Assembly (NCBI GenBank): GCA_964016885.1
Contig: OZ024743.1
Location: 19,716,001-19,780,000 of the forward strand
Direction of reading: 5' to 3'
Length of the DNA: 64,000 nucleotides
Source: Eledone cirrhosa
Lineage: Eukaryota
Below the pieces are notes generated by a model that was not told where the DNA came from, did no database searches, and saw nothing but the letters and a program-made list of their open reading frames with translations. Of the stretch, positions 50,875 through 64,000 are shown piece by piece. The position numbers and the translations under genes are program-made. How positions within the stretch are numbered: position 1 is the first letter of the stretch; every line of letters starts with the position of its first letter.

Positions 50875-51534
50875 TGTGTATGTGTGTGTGTGTGTGCGTG
50901 TGTGTGGGGGGGAGTCCACTAGCAGAAACACCACGTTGTGATCGGTTTCTACTTTTGTATATATATATATGTGTACATGTGTGTCTCAACTTTTTAATAT
51001 ATACAAATGTAGGAAAAATAGAAACTAAATGTTTGACGTGGGTTATTTAATTGAATACGGTGATCTTATTCTCTATCATTATCATCATCATCAGCATTAT
51101 ACATATAATTGCGTGTATGTGTATGTAGTCCGTGGCTATATTATTTCATTTATAATGGCTACTTATCCTCGAAAGCAATAAAAGCACTATAAATTCCAAG
51201 CAAGTATTGTTTCCCTCTCTTGTACTTGCTCAAATGCTTTCCTGGTTAGATGAACTCAGTGACATATAGAAGATAACCAACGAGACATTTTTTTTTTTTA
51301 GAATCTGTACGAATTGACGAAACGTATATAGGAAACAACGGATAGGAAAAATGTTATAGAAGATAAATTTTGCCTTATTTCAAATATCCTTAAACATAAT
51401 ATATTCAAATCAGAGCAAATATATATATTAATTCTATGGGCAAAACTCCAATGAAATCAATTTAGCACCGATCTAATCCATTTCCCCTAACCCAAACTGT
51501 GACTTTTGTCTAGTAGTATTATTTTTATCTACAG

Positions 51535-52100
51535 AAGTAGTAGTTTGGCAGAATATGTAGAGCGTCCATAAAATACCATTGTCATATTTATTCTGGTTCT
51601 TCACGTTCTCAGTTCAAACTCCGCCAACGAGATCTTTCTCTTTCTCTATTCCATGGTCGATAAGATAAGGTGGCTAAATTTGAAATCAATATTTTTGAGG
51701 GTGGGGTATGGCATAATCGTTAGAGTGTTTGACGGAAGGTGTTAAAGTATTTCTTTTGGTTCAATACATTCTTTGTTCAAACCCTGCCCAGGTCAACTTT
51801 GCCAATCTTCCTTTCGGGGTCGATAAAATAAAGTACCAACCACACAGTGGGATCGATGTAATCAACTTTCATCTCCCCACTAATTGTTGTCCTTTTGTCT
51901 AAATTAATAATCTCTATTTCTTATTTCTGTTCACCGGCGAAATTCCTCTGTTTGCTATAGACTCTATAATTGGATGCAATCAGATGTTGGTCATTTATGT
52001 CTTAATCAAAAAGTATGTTTCAGATGTACCCAGTGCATTACTAGTACTTTATTTTATCGACCCCGTAAGGATGAAAGGCAAAGTCAACCTCGGCGGGATT
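51535..52100. mobile_element. Cluster of old or partial SINE copies (~51535-51670 +, ~51705-51905 +, 52028-52100 -)
   Basis: gttcaaactccgcc, ggtcaactttgcc..ggggtcgataaaataaagtacc, and cccagtgcattactagtactttattttatcgaccccg. Confidence 0.7.
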
Positions 52101-52909
52101 ATATTATAAGGAATAATATTCGGCAAATGTTGTTGAATGGATAAAAATTCTACTGAAATTGTTCTACTGAAATTGTTCTACTGAAATTGTTCTGAATTGT
52201 TCAACTTCTCCTTTTTATACTGCAATATGTATGATAATTCATATGTTGAAATATATTGGCAAACGAAAGGTTTCGAACGCGTACACTAAGTTTCAGTTTT
52301 CTAATCTTTAGTAAAGGTTGTCAATCACCTGCATATATCTGAAGACAATATCACTAGATATATTTAGATGTCTTTCATATTATCAATTCATTTTTCATGT
52401 ATATTTTTTTACTATATAACTTCACTGACAATTTTATTAAACTTCTAACTCTTTAAAGGTTGCTTCAGAAATCAAATTGAGTCGTAAATATTTCGAACCA
52501 GACAAATATTTATCAAGATATATCAGACAAAAACAAATATGAATAAATAAATAAACTTAATCTTTTGCGCATGCCCTGTTTTAGGGTAGTAGTGTTTTTC
52601 TCGTGTTAGGGTGTTAAATATAAATCTATTCTTGCTTGCACATCTTACTATTGACAGAAGGTTTTAATTTCCGGTTAAACTGTTCGACCCAACAAACTTG
52701 ACGCCGGTGAAGGAAATAATATTCTGTTCAGAATTCACTACTTTAACAATCTTGCTCGAATAGTTTCAACGAATTATTCTGCCTTTTTGAGTTCGATCAA
52801 ATATACTAAATATTAGAAATAACTAACTATTGCATCGATTAAATATTAAATTTTATACTTTCTATCTCTTTTGCTTTCCTTTCAGAAATACAGAATTATT
52901 CTGTATTAT

Positions 52910-52980
<71 letters not shown>

Positions 52981-53545
52981 TTCTGTGTGTGTGTGTGTGT
53001 GTTTCTGTGTGTGTGTGTGTTTCTGTGTGTGTGTATGTATATGGGTGTGTGTATGTGTGTGTGGGTGTATGTGTGTGTGTGTTATACACACACTCTTTCT
53101 TCCAGACACATGACCACCTGTATGTATATAAATGCACGCAGGTATCTACATATAGATATATATGTGCGTGTGTGTGTGTATGCATATTTGTGTGTGTGTG
53201 TGCGTGTGTGTGTGTGTTAGTGTGTGTGTGAGTGTGCGTGTGCGTGTGTATGTGTATATATAGAGAGACGTACATGTATCTATGTTCAAATACCATTTCT
53301 ATCCCGCTTTCAAACTATTTCTACTTCCTTTTAGAATTTATACTGACCTGTGTGTCAAAGTTTGATTAAATATTGGAGTAAGCATTGTTCGTGGTTAGTC
53401 ATTACAAACATATAATTTTATCTGTATGAAGGTATTCAATATGTATATAACCTTTTTATGTCAAAAGAAACGTATCACCGCACGTATGCGGTTGTTCATA
53501 GGCATTTATAAGAACGGTCGTATATATTGACTTCCTTTCCTTTTA

Positions 53546-53608
<63 letters not shown>

Positions 53609-53832
53609 GTCTGTAGACATGAGTGCTGAAATTTATGGTGCGATGCTGTATAGGTCACGGGTTTTCCGTTGATTGACATCGGTGGCGTGGATAGGGCAGG
53701 CTGATATGCATTGGAGACTGGTGGTCTTTCACAAAATCACATTGCCCGGGCTTGTGCCTCGAAACGAAACATTCCATGTGCAAATACCCAAGTCATTCGT
53801 GACCGAGGGGTTCTCTACCCTCATATGTATGT

Positions 53833-53914
<82 letters not shown>

Positions 53915-53923
53915 GTCTGTGTG

Positions 53924-53955
<32 letters not shown>

Positions 53956-54616
53956 CGTGTGTGTGTGTGTGTGTGCACGTATGTATCGGTGTAGTTACGA
54001 TTTATACAATCGCTTGGTATCAGCGATCGAGAATCACCGATTATAAATTAAATGCTGGAATTCAATGAACCGCGACAGAAATTCGATTGCCTGGATTGCA
54101 GCTCTGATCAACACATAACTCTTAACTTCTACTGACAAGTCAAGCGAACTTAAACTTAAGTTGTTCTTCAGTTAACTTCTTGCATAAATGTTGCCCGGAT
54201 TTATCTCCCTTTACGTAAATATCCTTTAGTCATGATATTTATACAATTTACTCTATCCTCAAAATTCGTTTTATTTGCAATATATCGTTTTCCTAAACTA
54301 TTAATTAACTTTCCAAAATTCATTCTTTCTATGGTGTATGATATCAATAATATAATATATTATATTGATAATATAATATATTACATTATATCGATAATAT
54401 CAGTAATATAATATGATATAATACAATGATTATAATATAATGTAATGCGACTAATGTATTGTATTACATTATATTCTATTGCATTACAATATATTTTATC
54501 ACTTTGCAGCTGTATTAGTTTCTTCCAAAACACATATTCGTGTAGTATATTGATAGAGTCCATTGCCATGAAATCTAATTTAGTACTGGTACTTATTTGA
54601 CCAGCCCCGATAGGAC

Positions 54617-54812
<196 letters not shown>

Positions 54813-55089
54813 AGATATATATATATATGATTCAAAATATTAACAAATAAAGATATTCACATAATCAAAATATATGCTTTATTATATATATTTCGAAAGT
54901 ACTGTGTTTTTTTTTGTCAGTACGTGCTCGTCAGATAAAATATATGATTTGATATATGACATACCTCTACGGTCTTGATATTTCAATTCCTGTATTGGCA
55001 GTGATTTATTTCATCAAATCTTTTGAGTGCTTTTAATCTATTGTAAAACTGTATTCATTGAGTAATCAATGAACCATATTAATCTTTGG

Positions 55090-55190
<101 letters not shown>

Positions 55191-55251
55191 CATATATATA
55201 TATTAAGAGAGTAAAACAAAGAATCCTTTAATACATCAAAAGTTTTTATTA

Positions 55252-55289
55252 GCCGACAATGTTTCGTCCTATTAAGGACTCATCAGGGC
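55252..55289 (-). ncRNA. Canonical-core minimal type I hammerhead at a PLE-like 3' end
   Basis: Reverse complement: gcc-CTGATGA-gtcct taat aggac-GAAAC att GTC-ggc, followed by AATAAA and (TA)n. Confidence 0.85.
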
Positions 55290-55730
55290 AATCAAAACAA
55301 CAAGAGGTAATTTCGGCAGATACAAGCCAGAAACTCTGAAGAATATGGAGTGTACATACACTAATGTCTTACAAAGATATACGATAATAAAAATGAAGAT
55401 AAAAATAATAAAATTATAATAACTAAGGATGTAGATAACATTAAGAACCATATTACAAATATAGTCCAAAGTCACCAACTTAAATCTCTGCACAAACAAG
55501 TTAGTGACATAGTCACTACTTAAACATTCCTAGCGAATGGTGTTCCTAATGTTTACAGTGTATAATCAAATATATTATACATACATACATTCATATAGAC
55601 ATCACTATTTCTCTGCACCAACACTAATACATATATATTGTCTATATACTTATAAATACATTTGCGTCTTTTTGTGTGTGTATATATATATATATATTCC
55701 AATAGCCGAAATGCGATTCTCGGTAATTTA

Positions 55731-55881
<151 letters not shown>

Positions 55882-58278
55882 CCACATATATAAACACATA
55901 CAATGTTTGTATATATCACAGTATATTTGGTATTAAATGTATTACTTATTGTGTCTTTAATACCCCGCTATATATTAAAAACTTCAAAATAGGGGGTCGA
56001 TATATGGCAGATACTTAGGTGTAATGGTCAGGTAACTGCTCAACAAACATAAGTTCGTGTTTTCTATTCCTGCAGCTGCCATTGTCATTTGTTTTTCCTT
56101 TGAGCGTACGTGTTTTATATACCCTATTATTTAGTCTATTTTCCTCTAGCCAAAAATTTCAACGAAGATTTTTAACTTTCTCATAAATTTCTATTCCACG
56201 TATTCTCAAGTGTTTCTGTCATAATTCATGTGCCTTGTGCTTTATTATGATATACCCTCCCAATATAGCCAGTCATCCCATCTAGTTTTGTATTTTTATA
56301 TGTCACAAATAAAATTCTTGCCCTGTTTTTGCTTTGTTTTTCTGAAGTTGTTAGAATCCTTTACTATTACTATTTTTATAATGGAGACAATATATTCATC
56401 TCTTTTTACAGTAAAATGCCAATATTTTTTGAGTGGGGAATGTAATCAATTTAAATGTATTGAAATATATAGCTTGTATTTATTTCATCAATGAGGGAAA
56501 CTGGAAATTCCGATTGGCATTTGCGTTAAGAGATTTCAGATTAACCGCACTAGTTAGCAACAAATGCCCATATAATTCAAATATTACATACCGACAAGAA
56601 TGCCTCTGAGAGGTGGCTCGTTCTGCTTAAAATAACAGCCAAATCGTCTTCAAATCGTAACTTTCCTAAAATCTTTATAAATAAAACCATTATAAACTGA
56701 TATCCAATTTGTATTATGCTCGGAGAAACAACTGGGAAGACATTAATCATATACATGCTTGAACACGGCTGATTTCGAATAAACAACAATATTTAAAATA
56801 CGCAGCCGTTTTTCATGTCTTCTGAGTTGTGATAGCACTGATTTTGTGAAGGTGAGGAATAGTTTACTACATCTGATCAATATTGTACTGCTATCTATGT
56901 TTGGAGTAACGGTCAACAACGTCGACTCCGACAGCATTTTTACTCGAAAGCAACAGCATGATAAATTGAGTTAATTATTTACATATCCACTTGCAGTAGA
57001 ATTCGTTAATGGATTATTATCTTTTCTGAGAAAGTTGCAATTGAAATACTCAAGCTATAATACTTAGCGAATGTTATATAAGTGAAGATAAATACTTGTG
57101 ACCAGATATTGAAGCCTGATTGTGGACTATGTATGAAGGAAGCTTATCTTCTAGATTATGCCGCTTGATTTCATTAAGTGTCATTGAGTTAACTATTCTA
57201 ATGCCATGCAGATGACTAGGGTATAGGTGAGCCTATTTTCCTAATCTCTGTGCGGAGAAAGACATAGTTCCTCTCGTTCCAGCATCAACAAACTAATTAG
57301 ATATTATATAACACTGAACGAATCAATGAACTAAATCTTTTTCACTAACGAAACAGCAATTTAAGCTTAGAACATAACATGAATTCTCATTCAGTATTGT
57401 AACCTACTCAGATAATCAGACGACCAGTCACACGACTAGACATATAGTATTTTCCATAGGAAACCATCAAACGCTTCTGTAATTCATCTGCAATAACTGT
57501 CAATGGAATTCTCCTTTGAAGTATCATTAGATGTTAATTTAGAAGGAAATGATTGTGTCCTATTTGTCCAATGCAGCTATATTAACATTGTGTTATATCT
57601 GTTATAGCGCCAGCTTTACGATTGTCACGAATATAATTTGAGTGTCAGTATTGTTCAGATATTCAATCAGCTTATGCAGCTAGCTTCCACTCAATTATAT
57701 AGGCGAAGGTATAAACAAGAACATTCGATTAGAATTATTAAAGTGTGTGGTATAGGAAATACTATATGGACTCTACCTGTAATTCAAAAGGCTAGTCGCA
57801 TCCATACTATTCCATGCTAATTCTGCCAGAGAATCACGTTACGGTTTTACGTGCCTTATATGTCAATTCAATACATAAATAATTCAGTTAAACAAACAAA
57901 TGGAAAACCGCGGGATAAGGAATGTTACTTTACTACTAATGAGACATTTTATACATATAAATCGTCAGTAATATATTTAATTATTTTTCAAAATAACTTA
58001 AATAAAATTGACATTTGTAAATTTTACTGGCATCAAAATATTCAAATTATGTTGCATACGTATCAATGTGTGTATAGTAACTGAATGAGCATATGTAGGT
58101 GTGTCTGTATTTGTAGTTTGTGGGTACTTGCGTGTATAAGTGTAGCTTTCGAAGTATATATGCATTTACTCTAAATAATAGACTAATGTTTAGAACAAAG
58201 TATGTTTCGCCTTTCAATTTTCTGTTCAAATGATTTCACATAAAACCATATTGCGCCTGATGAATTGATATACATATC

Positions 58279-58358
<80 letters not shown>

Positions 58359-58364
58359 CATTAA

Positions 58365-58520
58365 TTCTACAAGACTAGAATAGTTTCATTCGTATGAAAT
58401 CACCAAGTTCTAGTCCTGTAGAGGTTATTTCTTTATAAAATAAAGGTGCTTCTACGACCAACACATTGGGTGAATTCTTTAACTGTGGGCACCTCTAGAT
58501 CCACGTAGGGAATCTACCTC
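58365..58520 (+). mobile_element. Family K short hairpin plus tail in (TA)n
   Basis: tctacaagactagaa / ttctagtcctgtaga inverted. The left arm reverse complement carries GGTGA-tttc atac gaat-GAAAC. Confidence 0.65.
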
Positions 58521-58544
58521 ATATATATATATATATATATATAT

Positions 58545-58764
58545 ATGATCTCATCAGACAGCTTCACTACATAATAAGGTTATTTTAACGAGTCGATCAA
58601 AACTAAAACGACAAGGGAACGGACAATGATGATGTATATATATATATATAAGAGAACAGGTGAAGGGTCGAAAACATCATATTTGTCCGTTCCCTTGTCG
58701 TTTTAGTTTCGATTGACTCGTGAAAGTAACCTTATTATGTAATGAAGCTGTCTGATGAGATCAT
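58545..58764. repeat. Inverted repeat with ~80 bp arms and a TA-containing spacer
   Basis: 58545-58626 pairs with 58683-58764. Confidence 0.88.
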
Positions 58765-59498
58765 GGCAATGTTTGCATGGAATCACGTGGCCACTAACGT
58801 CATTTAAATATGTATCACAGCCTTATCAATAAAGGACTTCTACAACTACTTAGAATGTTCTCATTCTATATATATATTAATTGGACCCATTGCTTTTCAG
58901 TTCAATACTCATGTTGCGTTGCGAGTGTCTGGCGCTTCTTTTTCCTATCTAATATCTATTTTGGCTTGCAGCAGGTGTACAAGATTTCAGCCCAAATTCC
59001 TGAGGCAACAGGCATGATACAGTCTTGAGGTACTTCTTAGAAGCCACTCTAATTGTTTTACATGGACTTGTAGTAGAGCGTATGACGTTGTTTGTGATGA
59101 TACAATTATCCAAAGGGGTTTACCTACGCCTTTTATAAGAATAACAGTCAAACGTTTGGTATTTGTTAATAGTATCATTGACCGTTGCCTTGCTACAACT
59201 ATTTTAACAGATATCTCACGCTCCGAGTATGTTTTCTGTTGTACAGACCTAATATTTGGACTGTTTGAACGTCAAAAGGTGAGGGGTTTTATTCCTTTTT
59301 GAATGTTTTCAAATAAACACACAGCCTTTAGACTAGCAAAAGACTGTGCTACACATTTTTAAATGATGATAATGCAATAGATTGAAGCTATTGTAATTAT
59401 TTTACAAACATCAAAACTGATTAGGAAATACCATGGCACAAATGAGAAATTTAGCATCTTGGCTAGGAAGTCTTAAGCCTTTGGCCACGGCTATATAC

Positions 59499-59601
<103 letters not shown>

Positions 59602-62039
59602 TGTGTGAGTGTTAGTAAGCTAAATATATGTTAGTTATTGTAAGCAGTTTAACTATAAAATATGCGAAACAGGTTGTACATTTAAATTCTCATGAGTCGG
59701 AAAATAGCCGCCTTCGTGAATGTTAGCTTATTGTAAGCTGCTGTCATGCGTATATATTGAAGTGCAGTTTTGCTAAAATGCACTGCAACGTTGCACCAGC
59801 ACGTCTGTAAACATGTATTCATATAACTTACAGTAATGATTTATGGAAGGATTGAAGCTTACTTACTACTTTATGTATTTGAAATTAATTTCAATCGGGC
59901 GACGGTTTACTCATATCGGTAGAGGGTAGTTACCACAAATTGACAACATTTCCAAATTTTTCGATCCTAATTATGAAATGTTCATACTCAGCACCTTCGC
60001 TATTGTGTATACTCATCTATAATGCACAGTGATGTGTGGATTACATCCTAACATAATCTATTTTCTCACATGCAACTCAATGACTTCTAAAAAACACATT
60101 TAGTTTCATTTATTTGTAATGGTTCTAACAAGAATAACGTAGAAGATACTGATAACAGTAAAACTAACACAAGATGTGTTTCACTTGTTTCTTGTTCAAA
60201 TTTTTAAAATGAGTACAAATGCAGTTCAGAAAATTATTGCTTTTCGAAGTCGCGCATACGTATCTATTTGATGCTATGGACTGAAATAATAGGAAAGAAA
60301 AATAAGGTAACTTATCTGTGGCTAGATTTCACGGCTGCGCAAACATAAACATAAACCGTTCCCGTCTAAAGTTCCAAGGCAGTCGTTATAAACAGAGCAA
60401 AGTACAAGCTTGACGTCTCTCAGGAATCAATAAACTATCAAAGGTTCACACAGCTACTCTAAGTGCTGAAAACAGAACAAGCGATGATGACACTTTGGAA
60501 AATTATGTGACACCATGGATGTTTTTCATGTAAAGATATTTTGATCAACTTTTCATTTTGCATATCACCAAGGTCAGAAGGACACACTGTATTCCAATCA
60601 ATTTGCTTTACGGAAAATTCAGAAGGAAAATTTTACTAACGTTGAAATTGGGCTACGTTCCCGCATTAGTTTCACTAAGACAAGTAATCACATAGCCATT
60701 ACTACGAAGATGAAAATTTGCCAACACATCAAGTAGATAAATGAAAACGTTTCTGTTTTCATTGTTGAATGAACATGCTTAGGCAATAATAGTTTCATTG
60801 GAAAAGAATAATGATATGAAACGTGACTCCACATTTCATCTCTTTTTATCTAACTGAAATTTCTAATAAAAAAACTATAACAATCGTTAAGAATCTTTGC
60901 ACTGTCTCAAACACCACATGTTTGATTACGCTTATTTGAAACGTGTTGACGAGCATAACACTTGGTGTCAGATTTGGTTCTGCCTCACCACTTCTCAATG
61001 AGCCATTTCAGCGTGTTGTAGAATTTTAAAACACCGTGTCTGTATCCTGAAAAATCGATAAAGGTTGAAACAAGACCTGACAGTGAAAGATACACATATG
61101 AGGGTTCGTTAAAAAGACTCTTTGGAGCAGATTTATTGGACTTCGTCGTAATGTATATGTTGCATGAATTGGCTTACACTCAGTGTTTAGAGAAACGAAC
61201 TACTACGATTGTTTATGTAGATATATTGATCCTATCCATCACATGATCACTGCATCAACTGAAATAACAAGCTGGTATAACAAAATACTATAAGCTCAAA
61301 AAGCAGGCGGACAGTGGAGCTTTGAACAGAATTACATAAGAAACAAATAAGTATTGTTTCTATTAATATTCTACAGCTTCGTGGTTATGCCAACATGCTT
61401 GAAACGTTCTTAAACCTTTTAACTACAAAATATGCATATATTCCAGATAAAGGAAATCTACTGACCTGCATGAAGTAGCCTCAAATTATTGTGATGTTGA
61501 AACATCTACTCTCTATAAAAGGTTTAAGTTTTTATCTTCCTCCGTAATAATTTCCTTCTGAATTTCGTTAAAGGTATATGGATACCGCTGCAGATTTACG
61601 TCTATTCCTGAGCTGCTTACAACTTACGCTTGCTAATAATGTCATGTGTGAGAAGGAGATTAGTTCCATAAACATGATAATAACAACTGGTTCAACAGTT
61701 CTCATAAATCATGAAGCCAAAAAAATACATTTGTTAAACTACACCGACATGCTTTAATTCAGTGGAAACTTGTGTTGTTTGTCACTGCTGTATCAAACAC
61801 CAGCAAATAATATCAGGTCAAATGTTTCTTCCGAAACCCGTACACAATTAATGTCTGACCTTTTCTTAAAATTATTGTGACACTTACCATGTTGGTATTG
61901 GATATATAAGTAAATAATAAGTTACTAAAATAGATGAATACTGTTTTTTCTTATTGCTTGATAATTAAGTTATTATAATTAATAAACCTAATGTCAGTTT
62001 TTGAACAAAGTATTATATAATTTATCATACGATATACAA

Positions 62040-62210
62040 GGTGGATTCGCAGAATCATTAAAGCGTCGGATAAAATGCTATGCGGCATTTATTCTTGCTC
62101 TTAATATTTTGAGTTCAAATACTACCGAAGTCAACTTTACCATTCATCCTTCAGTGGTCCATAAAATGAAGTGCCAGTCAAATCAGTTGATGTACCAGTC
62201 CAGTATTGTC
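62040..62210 (+). mobile_element. Old SINE copy
   Basis: ggtggattcgcagaatc..gagttcaaatactaccgaagtcaactttaccattcatcctt. Confidence 0.7.
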
Positions 62211-62374
62211 GATTCTTCCTTCATATCTTCTCTATCATTCTCACGCTCATTCGCTGGAAGAAATTGACTGTGTTCAGACCTGGAGAGGGGTGATCTCTGC
62301 TAGTTTCAAAATGCCCAAGCCATTCTCTATATCACATATTTATTTACAATTGTTATGTTCATCAAAACTAATTG

Positions 62375-62890
62375 TTTGTCCGTCGGTCTCTGTCTATGGA
62401 TAAGTTCCAGAAATGCCTGGACTGGCAGTGCTACAGAGGAGTCTTGCTAGTTCGAGATAAACGCTACAGGCATGGAAGTGTCGTCAGCCGGGCCTGTCCG
62501 ATATGTCGCAGTGCAACGAAATAAATCCGACACACACTCACCGAGTATCCGAGTATTACCGACCTGTGGTTTTATGTCGAACACCTACTTCCACGTGAGG
62601 GACGGGACCGGCTATGAAATGCGTCCATTGTGAAGATCACCGCCGTCTTCCTTTAGAGGGGACGAGCAGGCAGTTTTTATCCGCCTGGTGGACACGGCAA
62701 AAGAGGTTGTGTGGTGGACGCACCTGAAAGGTTTGAAGACAAGCACTTTCCTCTTTGGCGAATATTTGATTAACTTTTTCAGGTTTCCCCTGAAGGGAAA
62801 AATCAGAGTGAAAAGGGAAATATTGTCTTCCTACCAGTTTGTTGAAAGGTGCTTGATCCGAGTCAATGGGCTTGTCCTGAGTATGTAGCT
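62375..62890 (+). pseudogene. Tx1/L1-type ORF2 C-terminal zinc-binding region
   Basis: Hand translation: FQKCLDWQCYRGVLLVRDKRYRHG..RACP.C...H....P.ITDLW..VE, then AKEVVWW... Confidence 0.7.
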
Positions 62891-63231
62891 GTAAATTGGA
62901 AGAGAACATCTGAGTGAGGGTACTTGGCCCCACTAATCAATGAGAACTAAGATCTCCATCTATTCACCAACTTTCGGCATGTATTTTGCTTTCAAGCACA
63001 CCCTATAGATACTGAACTAAAGTAACTCGTGAAACATCGTCAATATAGTTAACGAGCGTAATTACTAAATAAATATACTCTAGTAAATGTATTGAGCACG
63101 CTATAGCTCGTTTCCGAAACTAAAAGGATGTGTGTATAAATATATACATATATAAAAATTTACATATACATAAAGTCACAGATATATATGCGCAACCGGT
63201 CACGTTGTGGCTCAATGAAGAATTAATAAAT

Positions 63232-63416
63232 TGTTTCTACTTTAGGCACAAGGCAATTAATTACCCAGTGCATTACTGGTACTTTATTTTATCGACCCCG
63301 TAAGGATGAAAGGCAAAGTCAACCTCGGCGGGATTTGAACTCAGATCGTAAAGGGACGTAACTGTGCTGGAAAGCATGGTGTCTGACTCTCTACCGATAC
63401 TGCCAATCTACCGCCC
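63232..63416 (-). mobile_element. tRNA-derived SINE, full length
   Basis: On the - strand: A-box-like tggcagtatcgg, B box gagttcaaatccc, and the conserved body shared with other copies. Confidence 0.9.
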
Positions 63417-63443
63417 TAATAAATAAATTAAATAATCAGAGCA

Positions 63444-63987
63444 ATATATCATAAATCATGTCCTTAGAATTATTAGATAAAATATGTACCATTTCCTCTC
63501 CCAATTAGCATAATTAAGAATATAAAAAATCAATTAGACCAGGCTATAAGAATAAAGGCTCCTATGAAGAAATATTTGATAAATAATCGAAAGCAGCCTC
63601 TTAACGGTGACCCCAATAGAATATTTACCCAACATTTCAACAGCATGTAGAAACTGACTAAATATACTGTCAACCATACACAATTAGGTGTAAATTTAAA
63701 CTTAGAAGAAACCTGTACATACCGTAAAAGTTTAAATTTACACCTAATTGTGTATGGTTGACGGTATATTTAGTCAGTTTCTACATGCTGTTGAAATGTT
63801 GGGTAAATATTCTATTGGGGCCACCGTGAAGAAGCCGCTTTCGATTATTTATCAAATATTACTTAATAGGAGCCTTTATTCTTATAGCCTGGTCTAATTG
63901 ATTTTTTATATGGTTAATTATGCTAATTGGGAGAGGAAATGGTATATATTTTATCTAATAATTCTAAGGACATGATTTATGATATAT
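63444..63987. repeat. Family F palindrome with ~260 bp arms
   Basis: 63444-63703 pairs with 63728-63987 across a 24 bp spacer. Ends in (TA)n. Confidence 0.92.
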
Positions 63988-64000
63988 ATATATATATATA

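Noticed and set aside
58752-58800. CTGATGAgatcatg as a hammerhead start
   Set aside because: No GAAA follows the potential stem II.

Overview
AT-rich, microsatellite-dense eukaryotic DNA. The SINE and repeat content suggests an octopus or other cephalopod (inference). No host gene is supported, and most ORF-track entries are translations of (TA)n/(CA)n/(GA)n tracts. The window is a graveyard of retroelements: several families of Penelope-like elements (PLEs; RT and GIY-YIG fragments), an RTE LINE, R4/Dong-type and Tx1-type fragments, two tRNA-derived SINE families and Helentron-like ends. The main non-obvious signal is RNA structure. I read by eye about 15 hammerhead ribozyme (HHR) motifs, mostly minimal type I, some intact and some decayed, including U3-A8 and U10.1-U11.1 core variants. 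They occur in two settings. The first is asymmetric hairpin-plus-tail PLE insertions sitting in (TA)n tracts. The second is small non-coding tandem or circularly permuted units with one HHR each: ~430-500 nt units at 35411-36444 and 48645-49460 that share an octamer motif, and a 315-nt unit at 44940-45346 whose inverted fragment spans its own end-to-start junction. These look like PLE-mobilised retrozyme families that could make circular RNA. Coordinates were counted by hand and may be off by a few bases. Ribozyme activity is predicted, not shown.
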